Below are positions 8,129 to 17,581 of a stretch of DNA of 64,000 nt, piece after piece (the first letter of the stretch is position 1; each line of letters opens with the position of its first letter). The stretch is from an uncultured archaeon (GTDB lineage Archaea; Thermoproteota; Bathyarchaeia; Bathyarchaeales; Bathycorpusculaceae), in assembly GCA_963782915.1 (NCBI GenBank), contig CAWALK010000020.1, positions 256,001 through 320,000 of the forward strand. Direction: 5' to 3'. The translations under genes and the position numbers were made by a program. The notes beneath the pieces were generated by a model, which ran no database searches, was not told the origin of the DNA, and saw only the letters and a list, made by a program, of their open reading frames with translations.

Positions 8129-8160
8129 ATAAGGGAGGGGGAGGTACCTCTGAGGTAGGT
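8129..8160 (+). repeat. Dispersed G-rich repeat unit abutting the IS right end
   Basis: ATAAGGGAGGGGGAGGTACCTCTGAGGTAGG; its TATA-like 5' part appears to lie at 7017-7024, on the other side of the IS. Confidence 0.65.
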
Positions 8161-8461
8161 AGGCTCGTAAACGCACACAACAAACCCAAAGAAACCTCAA
8201 CAAGCAACCCAAAAGCACCATTTGCCACAGGACAAGTGCCTGCCTGCTCAACATTCAGTCTCCACCAGTCGTCAACACCCCAAAACAAGGCGGTAAATGC
8301 CCGAAAACACTAAGCACCCCAGCGCCAAATACCGCTATTATCGCTAGTTTTACCATCAAATAGCAATCTGTCCTTCAGGCATTTTCTAACCCTTTATGTG
8401 CGATACGTTTTATAACATCTTCAGGAAGATGGGTAGTTAAATCGGAGGGGGAAACCAACAA

Positions 8462-8896
8462 ATGAGTGCAAGATGGAAACGAACTTTAAAGAATAAAAAA
8501 TGGTTAGACCTAAACGAGTTATCAACGTCTAAATCCAGAAAATCCAGGGCTTCCCAGAAAGCAAAGGTTCCTGCACCGAGTTTTCGCCCGTCCAGCGGCC
8601 ACGCGAAGCGTCAAGATCTTAAACCATTAATCGACATTTTCCAGGATAGTAACAACATCACAATCTTCGCAGAAATCGCAGGCTTTAATAAGGAAACCTT
8701 TAAGATTAATGTAAAAGACCAGAAAATCACGCTGTCAGCCAAATCAAAAGAGCGCAGATACTATAAAAGTTTAAATTTACCGAAGGTAGTCATTCCAGAC
8801 GAAACGCACACGAAATACAAGAACGGCGTGCTAGAAATCAAACTTAAAAAAGCTGAATCAACAGCAATAGGAAAAGCAGATCAACATGCCCCATAA
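8462..8896 (+). CDS. Hsp20/alpha-crystallin small heat-shock protein
   Basis: PLIDIFQD..ITIFAEIAG, YYKSLNLP and YKNGVLEIKLKK. Confidence 0.9.
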   Translation: MSARWKRTLKNKKWLDLNELSTSKSRKSRASQKAKVPAPSFRPSSGHAKRQDLKPLIDIFQDSNNITIFAEIAGFNKETFKINVKDQKITLSAKSKERRYYKSLNLPKVVIPDETHTKYKNGVLEIKLKKAESTAIGKADQHAP

Positions 8897-9302
8897 ACTA
8901 AGAAAAATCAGGAAATTCCGAGGCTCAAGAACAGTCGGTTACGGAAGAATAGGACAACACCGCGACAGTGGCAGTAAAGGCAACCGCAAAGTAGGACGCC
9001 ATAAACACCTCTGGAGCAAAGTCGTAACTAGCGAACCTAACTACTTCGGAAAACACGGATTCGTTTCTCCACAGAGCAAACACAGAATCGAAAACACCAT
9101 CAACCTAGTCAAACTCGACCAACTCGCTTCCGGCAAAGAAATCAACTTAACGGAACTAGGCTACACCAAACTTCTCGGCACAGGCAAAATAACCAAAGCA
9201 CTGACAATCACCGTTCCGGTCGCCTCCAAATCCGCCATGGCAAAAGTCCAAGAAGCAGGCGGAAAACTCATAACCACCGCAGCCTCCACCGTCGAGGAGT
9301 AA
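8886..9302 (+). CDS. rpl15: 50S ribosomal protein uL15
   Basis: RKFRGSRTVGYGRIGQHR, YFGKHGF, KLLGTG and KVQEAGG; directly upstream of secY. Confidence 0.95.
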   Translation: MPHKLRKIRKFRGSRTVGYGRIGQHRDSGSKGNRKVGRHKHLWSKVVTSEPNYFGKHGFVSPQSKHRIENTINLVKLDQLASGKEINLTELGYTKLLGTGKITKALTITVPVASKSAMAKVQEAGGKLITTAASTVEE

Positions 9303-9311
9303 CTAAGCTAA

Positions 9312-10742
9312 ATGGCCGGAAGATTCCTCAGCCTTTTCAAACCAATCGGTAGAATATTGCCCGAAATTAAGAAGCCTGAACGTAAAGTCAGCTTTAACGA
9401 GAAACTCTTCTGGACCGCACTTGTCCTAGTCGTTTTCTTGGTGATGACCGAAATCCCACTGTACGGTGTAAGTGCAGGTGCACAGGATAACTTTGGGTCC
9501 CTTCGTGTCATCTTTGCTTCAAACCAAGGAACATTAATGGAACTCGGCATTGGTCCAATCGTCACCGCCGGTTTAATTCTACAGTTACTCGCAGGATCAA
9601 ACATCATAAAATGCGATTTATCAAACCCTGAAGACAGAGGACTTTTTACCTCTGCAAGCAAAGTCTTCAGCATCCTCCTAACAGCCGTCCAAGCAGGCGC
9701 ATACATCCTCAGCGGCATGTACGGCACCTTACCTGAACTCGGCATAGGCGTAATACTGGCAATATTCATACAACTCATCTCAGCAGGCATAATCGTCATG
9801 TTAATGGATGAACTTGTCCAGAAAGGCTGGGGTCTAGGCAGCGGCATCAGCCTCTTCATCATGGCAGGTGTGGCCCAAAACATCCTCTGGTCAATGTTCT
9901 CACCACCAACAGGCCTATTCGTCAACCAACTATCCGCTCTCCTAAACGGACAAATCACAGCAGCACAATGGGTATTCGGCACACAATCCGGCCTCCCATC
10001 ACTAGTAGGCTTCATCGCTACCATAGCAGTATTCCTAATAGTCATCTACCTACAAGGTGTCAGAATCGAACTCCCAATGAGTTACGCAGGCTACAAAGGC
10101 TTCCGCAGCAGATACCCAATCAAACTACTCTACGTCAGCAACCTACCCGTCATCTTCGCAAGTGCACTATTCGCTAACGTGTACTTCTTCACCCAACTAC
10201 TCTGGAGCCAATTTGGACAACCACCGCCAGGCACAAGCTGGTTCTTCCAAATAGTAGGCGACTACAACGTTACAGTATCCGCAGAAGGAGCCCGAAGCGT
10301 TTCACCAGTAGGCGGATTAGCATACTACGTCACAGCACCCCGCAACATACAAACCGTCGCACTAGACCCACTGCATGCAGCCGTATACCTTGGCATAGTC
10401 ATAGCCTTCTGTGCCGTCTTCTCGCTAATTTGGCTTGAAGTCGGTGGCTTAGGACCAAACAAAGTCGCCAAACAACTAATGGACAGCGGCATGCAAATCC
10501 CAGGCTACAGACGCAGCGAACGCCCCATCGAAGCCATCCTCAAACGCTACATACCTGTAGTCACAGTACTGGGTGGCATAATCGTTGGGTTAGTGGCTGG
10601 TATGTCCGACTTCTTCGGAGCCTTCGGAACAGGTACAGGTATCCTGCTATCAGTAGGCATCATCTACCAGTACTATGAGTTGCTGATGCGTGAACGCGCG
10701 GCAGAAATGTTCCCAGCGTTTAGACGAATACTGGGCGAATAA
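9312..10742 (+). CDS. secY: Protein translocase subunit SecY/Sec61alpha
   Basis: GTLMELGIGPIVTAGLILQLL, KGWGLGSGISLFI, YPIKLLYVSNLP and GTGILLSVGI. Confidence 0.98.
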   Translation: MAGRFLSLFKPIGRILPEIKKPERKVSFNEKLFWTALVLVVFLVMTEIPLYGVSAGAQDNFGSLRVIFASNQGTLMELGIGPIVTAGLILQLLAGSNIIKCDLSNPEDRGLFTSASKVFSILLTAVQAGAYILSGMYGTLPELGIGVILAIFIQLISAGIIVMLMDELVQKGWGLGSGISLFIMAGVAQNILWSMFSPPTGLFVNQLSALLNGQITAAQWVFGTQSGLPSLVGFIATIAVFLIVIYLQGVRIELPMSYAGYKGFRSRYPIKLLYVSNLPVIFASALFANVYFFTQLLWSQFGQPPPGTSWFFQIVGDYNVTVSAEGARSVSPVGGLAYYVTAPRNIQTVALDPLHAAVYLGIVIAFCAVFSLIWLEVGGLGPNKVAKQLMDSGMQIPGYRRSERPIEAILKRYIPVVTVLGGIIVGLVAGMSDFFGAFGTGTGILLSVGIIYQYYELLMRERAAEMFPAFRRILGE

Positions 10743-10748
10743 GCGTAA

Positions 10749-10790
10749 ACGGCTTTTAGCCGCTTAACTCTTTTTTCATTTTTTTATTCA
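10749..10790 (+). terminator. Putative terminator after secY
   Basis: Small hairpin CGGC-TTTTA-GCCG followed by long T tracts. Confidence 0.45.
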
Positions 10791-10897
10791 ACCAAAATAC
10801 ACACTACTGCTTTTGCTAAAAACCAAAAATTTTGTGGATGAGTTAATAAACCTCCAAAGTGTGCTTCCCTACAAAAAATAATTGGGACGCTGATACA

Positions 10898-11437
10898 TTG
10901 AACGTTCTCTTGATTTACGGAACAAGATGGGGCGGGACAGAAAAAGTAGCCCAAACAATCGCCAAAGCCATAGAACAAGAAGGAAACTCCGTCGATGTTT
11001 TCGACGCAAAAAAGAGCCCAGAAAACATTGACTCCTATGACTTAGTTATTGTCGGAAGCGGCCTTAGAGCTGACAAATGGACCAAAGAATCCGTAGAGTT
11101 TATAGAAAAAAACGCTGACACTCTAAAAACAAAGAAAACCGCTTTGTTTGTCAGTTGCTCGATGGCTGACCGTAAAGATGCAGGCTATGATGTAGGCAAA
11201 AAGCGTTATCTCGACGACTTCTCCGCACAGCATAACCTATCACCAATAGCCTTAGGTTACTTTGGCGGTTTAATGGACTTCAGTTACAGCCATGGCTTGT
11301 TAGTCGATATCATAGTTAGAGTCAACCGCAGAAACCTCCGCAAAAACGGCTTAAACACCGCAAAAGTGCACGATACACGCGACTGGGCAGTGATTGAGGC
11401 GTGGGGGCACGAAGTCGCCAAACTGGCACTCAGCTAA
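10898..11437 (+). CDS. Flavodoxin-domain protein (HemG/Flavodoxin_5-like)
   Basis: LLIYGTRWGGTEKVA FMN loop, YDLVIVGS, FGG and DTRDW; likely TTG start at 10898. Confidence 0.85.
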   Translation: MNVLLIYGTRWGGTEKVAQTIAKAIEQEGNSVDVFDAKKSPENIDSYDLVIVGSGLRADKWTKESVEFIEKNADTLKTKKTALFVSCSMADRKDAGYDVGKKRYLDDFSAQHNLSPIALGYFGGLMDFSYSHGLLVDIIVRVNRRNLRKNGLNTAKVHDTRDWAVIEAWGHEVAKLALS

Positions 11438-11593
11438 CTTCCCCTGTCTTCTAATTTCAGCGTAAAATCCAACATGTCTTATTCATCTAAAAAAGCGATT
11501 TTTCGTTACTCCTTTTACTTCTAATCAAGTGAAAATAGTTATTAACAAGTAACATGTACGCATAGTTCAAAGAGCGGCAAGAGGAAAATCGTC

Positions 11594-12115
11594 GTGTCTG
11601 AAATATTGAGTGCAATCACTTCGTTGCCAACGGCAACATTGATTATTATGGGTATTGCAGCGGGAATTGCTTTCGCTAACTCTGGAGTTAACAGAGTTTT
11701 AATTAACTACTTTATCGGCTGGGAGCAATACCGAGTTATGCAAAAAGAAATGGCTGAATACCGCTCTGAAACCATGGCAGCAGCAAGAGCTAACGATAAG
11801 AAGCAAATGGAGAAACTTAAAAAGAAACAATCCCAAATCAACAACATGCAGCAGAAAATGTTCAAGCCCCAGATGCTTCAAATCGGAATATCATTCGTTT
11901 ACCTCATAGTATGGTTCCTGGTATTGATCCCCGTCTTCGGAAGCACTCCAATGGCCTATATCCCTGGAATCGGTACTATTGGAAACGCTGCTTTCACTGT
12001 AGGTGGAGCACCAGTCGTAAATGCCATCCCCGTCGTATACTGGTACCCAATCTGCTCGCTATTCTTCGGGTTACTCTCACAACGCGTCATCGGCATAATG
12101 CCCATAGAACAATAA
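11594..12115 (+). CDS. EMC3/TMCO1/DUF106 (Oxa1-superfamily) membrane insertase
   Basis: TM, coiled coil (MQKEMAEY...KKKQSQINNMQQKMFKP), TM, then YWYPICS; usual position between secY and cmk. Confidence 0.85.
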   Translation: MSEILSAITSLPTATLIIMGIAAGIAFANSGVNRVLINYFIGWEQYRVMQKEMAEYRSETMAAARANDKKQMEKLKKKQSQINNMQQKMFKPQMLQIGISFVYLIVWFLVLIPVFGSTPMAYIPGIGTIGNAAFTVGGAPVVNAIPVVYWYPICSLFFGLLSQRVIGIMPIEQ

Positions 12116-12141
12116 CAAATTAGAAGCGGAGAAACCCAAAA

Positions 12142-12753
12142 ATGGCCAACCCAAAAGACACCTGCCAACCCATCCCCAAAACAGTCATCTGCATTTCAGG
12201 TATGGCCGGAACAGGAAAAAGCACCCTAGCAAAAAAGTTGGCCCAAAAATACAACCTAAAATATTACTCCGGCGGCGACGCCCTAAAAGACCTTGCAAAA
12301 GACGAGGGCTATGACATCAATGCGCAAGGTTGGTGGGAAAGCCCCGTTGGACTAGATTTTCTGCAAAAAAGAGTTAACGACCCCAAATTCGACAAAGCCG
12401 TTGACAACAAACTCTTAGAATACGCAAATCAGGGCAATGTTCTATTGGATAGTTGGACTATGCCTTGGCTGCTTAAGGGTGGCTTCAAAATTTGGCTTGA
12501 AGCATCATTTGAGAAGAGAGCCGCAAGAGTTGCAGAAAGAGATAACCTGACCTACACTGAAGCTGTTAAAGTGCTAGGCGAAAAAGAAGGTCATACAAAG
12601 AGCATTTATAAAACACTCTATGGATTTTCGTTAGGCGACGATCTGGCTCCTTTCGATTTTGTGTTAGATACTGATAATTTGAATGCTCCTGAAGTTTTCG
12701 AGGTTCTATGCCGCGTTATGGATAACGTGGTTCTTTCCGCTTCAACTGTTTAA
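12142..12753 (+). CDS. cmk: Cytidylate kinase (archaeal type)
   Basis: P-loop ISGMAGTGKST, YSGGD, FKIWLEAS...RAARVAERD and FDFVLDT. Confidence 0.9.
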   Translation: MANPKDTCQPIPKTVICISGMAGTGKSTLAKKLAQKYNLKYYSGGDALKDLAKDEGYDINAQGWWESPVGLDFLQKRVNDPKFDKAVDNKLLEYANQGNVLLDSWTMPWLLKGGFKIWLEASFEKRAARVAERDNLTYTEAVKVLGEKEGHTKSIYKTLYGFSLGDDLAPFDFVLDTDNLNAPEVFEVLCRVMDNVVLSASTV

Positions 12754-12857
12754 TTCAGTTTTGGAATAGAACAATCTTCTAGAAGAATGTTCCATAGCGC
12801 TTAAAACCAGAAGCAAACAATTAGCCCTTCTAAGATTCAAGAGAGAGGCGAAGGGGA

Positions 12858-13244
12858 ATGCATAGATTAATAAATTATTTGGCAATAGGGCTTTTTAGCA
12901 CTATAATCGCTCTATGCCTTCTTTTAGCATATCGCTATATAGACCCCCAATCCAGCGTCACTTTGATAATATGCAATTTATTATTCATAACCCTATTTTT
13001 CCAGCTCAACGGCAGCTTAACCCTGAAGAGTATTCTCTTAACCGCCTGTAACATCCTGGGGTTATTCTCGAACTATCTCTTCAAATACATCTCCGACGCT
13101 GGATATGCGCTATTTGGTTCAACATTCCACAATTTCTACGCTCTCATCTTTCCACTTTTAACTCTCATGTGGATTATTCCCTTTTGGTCCTTAAGCCTGA
13201 GCTTTCTACCTAAACTGCCAAACGTATCCGAAGAACCCTCGTGA
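12858..13244 (+). CDS. Hypothetical 4-TM membrane protein
   Basis: Hydrophobic ORF with a GGGG-type RBS, 4 bp upstream of the GT2 gene. Confidence 0.65.
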   Translation: MHRLINYLAIGLFSTIIALCLLLAYRYIDPQSSVTLIICNLLFITLFFQLNGSLTLKSILLTACNILGLFSNYLFKYISDAGYALFGSTFHNFYALIFPLLTLMWIIPFWSLSLSFLPKLPNVSEEPS

Positions 13245-13248
13245 AAAT

Positions 13249-14532
13249 ATGCTAACTGAAATCCTAAACGTATTCTTTTTCTGTTCAGTGATCCTAATTA
13301 GCGCATACTTGGTACGCCACTATATCTTCACATTAACGGTTGTACGAAATGCCAAAAAACTTTCAGCCATCCATTACCCTCGGGTCAATACATACGAGCC
13401 TACAGTTTCCATTTTGATTCCTGCACATAACGAAGAACAAGTCATCGGCGCTTTGTTGCAAAAATTATCTGAACTCCAATACCCCAAAGGCAAACTTGAC
13501 GTTATAGCCATAGATGACGCGTCTAATGATAAAACGGGTTTGATCGCAGATGAGTACGCAAAAAAGTGTAAATTCATCAAAGTGTTGCATCGTGACTCTA
13601 AAGTGGGTGGGATTGGGAAGCCAGCTGCACTTAATGCTGCACTAAAACAAGCCACTGGCGAAATTGTTGTTTGTTTCGATGCAGACTATACACCCCATCC
13701 AGACCTTGTCCGTAAGATTATAGAAAAATTTGTTGACCCACAAGTTGGAGCCGTCCAAGGGAGACCTGTTGTGTTAAACGAACCGCAGAACCTAGTGACT
13801 CGTCTAATAGCGTTGGAGCGAATCGGTGGCTATAGAGTTGATCAGCAAGCACGTGATCTTTTGGGTTTGATTCCGCAATTAGGCGGTACCGTCGTGGGTT
13901 TTAGACGAAGCCTCGTAATGGATTTGGGCGGTTTTGATGAGGCAATGCTGACCGAGGACACAGACTTAACCTTCATGATTGCTCTTGGGGGCTACCAAAT
14001 TCGCTATGCGGGGGACGCTGAATGCTATGAGGAAGCGGTTGCCTCATGGAGGGCTTATTGGCGTCAAAGGCATCGATGGGCAAAGGGGCATATGCAGGTA
14101 TGCATAAAATATGCTTTAAAAGTTGTAAAAAGTGAGCATTTGACGTTTAGACAGAAACTTGATGGTTTGCTTCTGTTGCATGTCTATTTTATGCCCCTAT
14201 TAACCATGTGTTCATTGTTAGTGGGTGCTTACCTGATTATTTCTGGCTCAATTGTAGCTCCTGCGTTATGGTTTGTTGTGCCTATTTCTATGTACTGTTT
14301 TGTGGGTAATTATGCACCCTTCTTTGAGGTTGGAATTGGCGCTTATTTGGATGGGCGGAAAGAGATTCAATGGTTAGCGCCCTTACTGATTTTTTCTTTT
14401 CTCTTTAGTATGCTGATTTGTGTTAAGGCATTTTTTAGTTTGGTCATAGACAAAATCCTTGGCCGAAAAAGCCCATGGGTACATACTATCCATTCGGGAA
14501 ACGGAAATTGTTATATTGCAAACCAATCCTAA
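13249..14532 (+). CDS. Processive GT2 glycosyltransferase (cellulose synthase/PgaC-like)
   Basis: PAHNEE, DDAS.D, GKPAALN, FDAD, TED and QRHRW (QxxRW) motifs; N- and C-terminal TMs. Confidence 0.92.
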   Translation: MLTEILNVFFFCSVILISAYLVRHYIFTLTVVRNAKKLSAIHYPRVNTYEPTVSILIPAHNEEQVIGALLQKLSELQYPKGKLDVIAIDDASNDKTGLIADEYAKKCKFIKVLHRDSKVGGIGKPAALNAALKQATGEIVVCFDADYTPHPDLVRKIIEKFVDPQVGAVQGRPVVLNEPQNLVTRLIALERIGGYRVDQQARDLLGLIPQLGGTVVGFRRSLVMDLGGFDEAMLTEDTDLTFMIALGGYQIRYAGDAECYEEAVASWRAYWRQRHRWAKGHMQVCIKYALKVVKSEHLTFRQKLDGLLLLHVYFMPLLTMCSLLVGAYLIISGSIVAPALWFVVPISMYCFVGNYAPFFEVGIGAYLDGRKEIQWLAPLLIFSFLFSMLICVKAFFSLVIDKILGRKSPWVHTIHSGNGNCYIANQS

Positions 14533-14549
14533 ATGCTTGCTAGATATTA

Positions 14550-14798
14550 ATGGTGCAAATTGAGGTAGTAACTCAAATTCTGTTACCAACTTGTCTATTA
14601 GTTCTGCTTATGTTTCTGCCGTCAATTATCGAATTAAAAAAGCCCAGAGATGCAGGACCCCGACTTATACATACAAGCCTTAAAACGGGATTGGTCAACT
14701 CAAAAAACCCGTTAATGGATGTTGAGACAGGGTTAGTTAGTGGTCAATTAGCCTTAGGCTCTATTTTTCCGAGCTTTATCTGTAATATTGAGGCTTAA
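14550..14798 (+). CDS. Small single-TM protein
   Basis: N-terminal TM followed by PSIIELKKPRDAGP; downstream of the GT2 gene. Confidence 0.6.
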   Translation: MVQIEVVTQILLPTCLLVLLMFLPSIIELKKPRDAGPRLIHTSLKTGLVNSKNPLMDVETGLVSGQLALGSIFPSFICNIEA

Positions 14799-14800
14799 AA

Positions 14801-15850
14801 TTATTTGAAGAGTAAATTTGCATTTCGCCATTGATCCCTAGCTAAAGATATGTAACTACTTGGACCTCCATAAAGCGAATAAGCCACATAACATAGGTAA
14901 TTGCATTGCGTACAATCATGGTATGACTTCCGAAGATCTTCTACCTCTTGGGTTTTCCATTTCTTCGGTAAATCAAAGATTGATCCCAAATGATTGTGGT
15001 TATGGCAACCTGATACTCTGCCCAAATGATCTACTACTAAGAAGTTTTTAAGTGCTTGGCATTTCCAGATTCTTTTTTCTTCATCATAGAGGCTTCGGAG
15101 TGCTTCGAGGAGTTTGGTGGTTATGAGCATTTGTTTGTTTTTCTTTCGCATTTCGATGAGTTGGTTGCAGAGGTTAACCATGGCTTTTTTGTCGGTTATG
15201 ATGAATTCGTCGTTTGGTTTGCCGATTCTGAAGAGTTGATTGGTGTCTACTGAGGTGTCATATGAGTAGAGGCAATACCACATGGGTATTCCTTTGCCTG
15301 TGAAATAGTTAGTCATATCCACGATTTCATGGAGGTTTTTCTGTGAAATGGTTGGTGTTACTGCTACTCTGATGCCTTCACTTCGAAGGGTTTCTACTGA
15401 CTCCATTGCTTTTTTCCATGCGCCAGGAACCGCTTTTATGGCATCATTTTTTGCTGCATCTAAGCTATCGATAGAAATCGCTGCAAAATCCACTTTTCGC
15501 AAGGCATCTACCTTTTTTGCTGCCATACTTCCGTTATCGTAAACTGTTAGTATGAAGCGGTCTGCGGCGTAGTCGATAATTTCGTCGATGTCTGGGCGTA
15601 GAAGTGGGTCTCCGCCTGAGATGGTTAATTCCATTATGCCGATGTCTTTTAGGATGTCGAGGCCTTTCTTTATTTCTTGGGCTGAGAGTTCTCTTTCGTC
15701 TTGTTCTTTCCAGACGTTGCAGCCTACACATCGGTAATTACATTTTCTAGTGACTAACCATTGTGCATGGTGGGGTTTGCCCGGTGATAGAGAACGTGTT
15801 GCTATGGATGCTGCTTTCTTCAAACCTGCCGCCAAATTGTCACTAGCCAA
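14801..15850 (-). CDS. Radical SAM protein with SPASM/twitch-type C-terminus
   Basis: CNYRCVGC (CxxxCxxC), SGGDPLLR and ISIDS; C-terminal C...G.VSGC...CTQCNYLC. Confidence 0.92.
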   Translation of the reverse strand: MASDNLAAGLKKAASIATRSLSPGKPHHAQWLVTRKCNYRCVGCNVWKEQDERELSAQEIKKGLDILKDIGIMELTISGGDPLLRPDIDEIIDYAADRFILTVYDNGSMAAKKVDALRKVDFAAISIDSLDAAKNDAIKAVPGAWKKAMESVETLRSEGIRVAVTPTISQKNLHEIVDMTNYFTGKGIPMWYCLYSYDTSVDTNQLFRIGKPNDEFIITDKKAMVNLCNQLIEMRKKNKQMLITTKLLEALRSLYDEEKRIWKCQALKNFLVVDHLGRVSGCHNHNHLGSIFDLPKKWKTQEVEDLRKSYHDCTQCNYLCYVAYSLYGGPSSYISLARDQWRNANLLFK

Positions 15851-16000
15851 TAATTTATAGTTACAATTAGTCGGGTTGGAACTATAAAAACAATTATCAG
15901 GTCCCCCTCTACTTTGGTGATGGCGGTTTTGTTTTATGGTGGCTTAACAAGTGATGTTTTTGTTGAATCGGTTTATTGTTAGGCTTTAATTTAAAAGTGA

Positions 16001-16687
16001 ATGATGCTACAATGTGTTGGAGCAGCAATGGCTATGGCGTACGGTCAAGACTACTTTGACGCAAGGAAATACTCGGATAAACAGCAAATCGTTGAGCGGC
16101 ATGTCAGGGAAGTTCTGCGGTGGGCAACAAAAAACATGGGCGAAAACCTCTTGTGCGGTCAGGGCAAATCTGCGTTGGACATTGGCTGTGCTTATGGTTA
16201 CACTTCGCAGATGCTTTCAAGTTTAGGCTATGAGACTGTCGGCGTTGACGTTTCCGCTTGGGGTACAAAACAGGCAAAAAGCATCCTTGGCAGCGAGTTT
16301 TTGGTTTGTGATGTCCGGACGCCCTTGCCATTTAACGCTGACAAATTCGATTTGGTAACATGTTTTGATGTACTGGAGCATCTACCCTACCCCGAGAAGG
16401 CTCTCTCTAACATGTTTGCTGTATGCAAAGGAGCTCTTGTCTGCACTACGCCTAACAAGAAGGTTGAAAAACCAATTCGCAAGTTAATGCGTGATTATGA
16501 TGAGACTCACATCAGCGTCAAAACGCCCGCTGATTGGCAAGAATGTGTTGCAAATAATTTGGCGGCTAAAGAGTTGAGGGTTGAGGCATTTCATGATTTC
16601 GCATTTAGATTCTCAGGTAAGCTGTATTTCAAATCTTTTAGCGCTCGCACTTACGGGTTAACTGTTCGGATAGCCGCCACAAAGTAG
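16001..16687 (+). CDS. Class I SAM-dependent methyltransferase
   Basis: ALDIGCAYG, GVDVS, FDLVTCFDVLEHL and TTPN; start may be a few codons downstream. Confidence 0.9.
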   Translation: MMLQCVGAAMAMAYGQDYFDARKYSDKQQIVERHVREVLRWATKNMGENLLCGQGKSALDIGCAYGYTSQMLSSLGYETVGVDVSAWGTKQAKSILGSEFLVCDVRTPLPFNADKFDLVTCFDVLEHLPYPEKALSNMFAVCKGALVCTTPNKKVEKPIRKLMRDYDETHISVKTPADWQECVANNLAAKELRVEAFHDFAFRFSGKLYFKSFSARTYGLTVRIAATK

Positions 16688-16764
16688 CCGCAGTTCACAG
16701 AGGTTGAATATTCCAAAACTGAATTCTTATGGTTTAGCTTTTTAAGCCAACGTTAACCATAAAG

Positions 16765-17544
16765 GTGTTGATTAATTTGAATGCGCCCCTGCAAATAGAC
16801 GTTGTAGTGCTGACAAAGAACAGCCAACACCTGCTTAGCAAATGCTTAACCTCAATCTACCAAAACGTGCCTATCAAAAATCTGATTATAATCGATGGAT
16901 TCTCCACGGACCGTACACTTGAGATTCTGGAGAAGTTCAACCGTAAATATAGCAATGTTTTGCTGTTTCAGATGGAGGGTTCAAGAGCTAAGGCACGCAC
17001 CGAGGGCATACGCAAAGTATCCACTGAGTGGTTTATGTTTGTGGATAGCGATGTGCTGCTTTGTCGCGACTGGTTCAAGAAAATTAGGGTAGATTTGGCT
17101 GAGGGAGTCGGCGCTGTTTGGGGCTTAAACGTCGATGTGCTGCCTAGCTTGACAAATAAATGGATTCTGCGTTTCCAGAGTATGGTCGCTAAACAGTGCT
17201 TCAAGTTACGCGGCGGAATGCATGACACCCTGATTCTGCACAAAGCGGTTGAGGGCATCAGGATTCCCGAGGAACTTCACACCTATGAAGATGCCTATAT
17301 TGTACGCTGGATAGAAGACCACGGCCACAAAGTATCAATCGCCAGTAACGTTTACTGTTTGCATTATAAGCCTCCTGAAAATTGGAACATCAAAAACGGC
17401 ATCCAACAAGGCATCGTGGATTTGCAGTGTGGCTTGGTGTATTCGCATGTATTTTCGTATGTGCTGTTTTATCCTGTGTTTTTCTTGTATTGGGGTGTGC
17501 AGTTGCCGCTTAACGGAGTAAAAAACGGTTTACACAAAGTTTAA
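16765..17544 (+). CDS. GT2 family glycosyltransferase
   Basis: VVVLTKNS, IIDGFSTDRT, FVDSD and YED motifs. Confidence 0.9.
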   Translation: MLINLNAPLQIDVVVLTKNSQHLLSKCLTSIYQNVPIKNLIIIDGFSTDRTLEILEKFNRKYSNVLLFQMEGSRAKARTEGIRKVSTEWFMFVDSDVLLCRDWFKKIRVDLAEGVGAVWGLNVDVLPSLTNKWILRFQSMVAKQCFKLRGGMHDTLILHKAVEGIRIPEELHTYEDAYIVRWIEDHGHKVSIASNVYCLHYKPPENWNIKNGIQQGIVDLQCGLVYSHVFSYVLFYPVFFLYWGVQLPLNGVKNGLHKV

Positions 17545-17581
17545 ACTTTGAAAGACCGCTACTGAGATAAGTGAATAATTT

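Noticed and set aside
9308-10045. Long antisense ORFs opposite secY, and similar ones opposite lig, larA, rpl11 and trm11
   Set aside because: Shadow frames of well-supported genes caused by codon bias.
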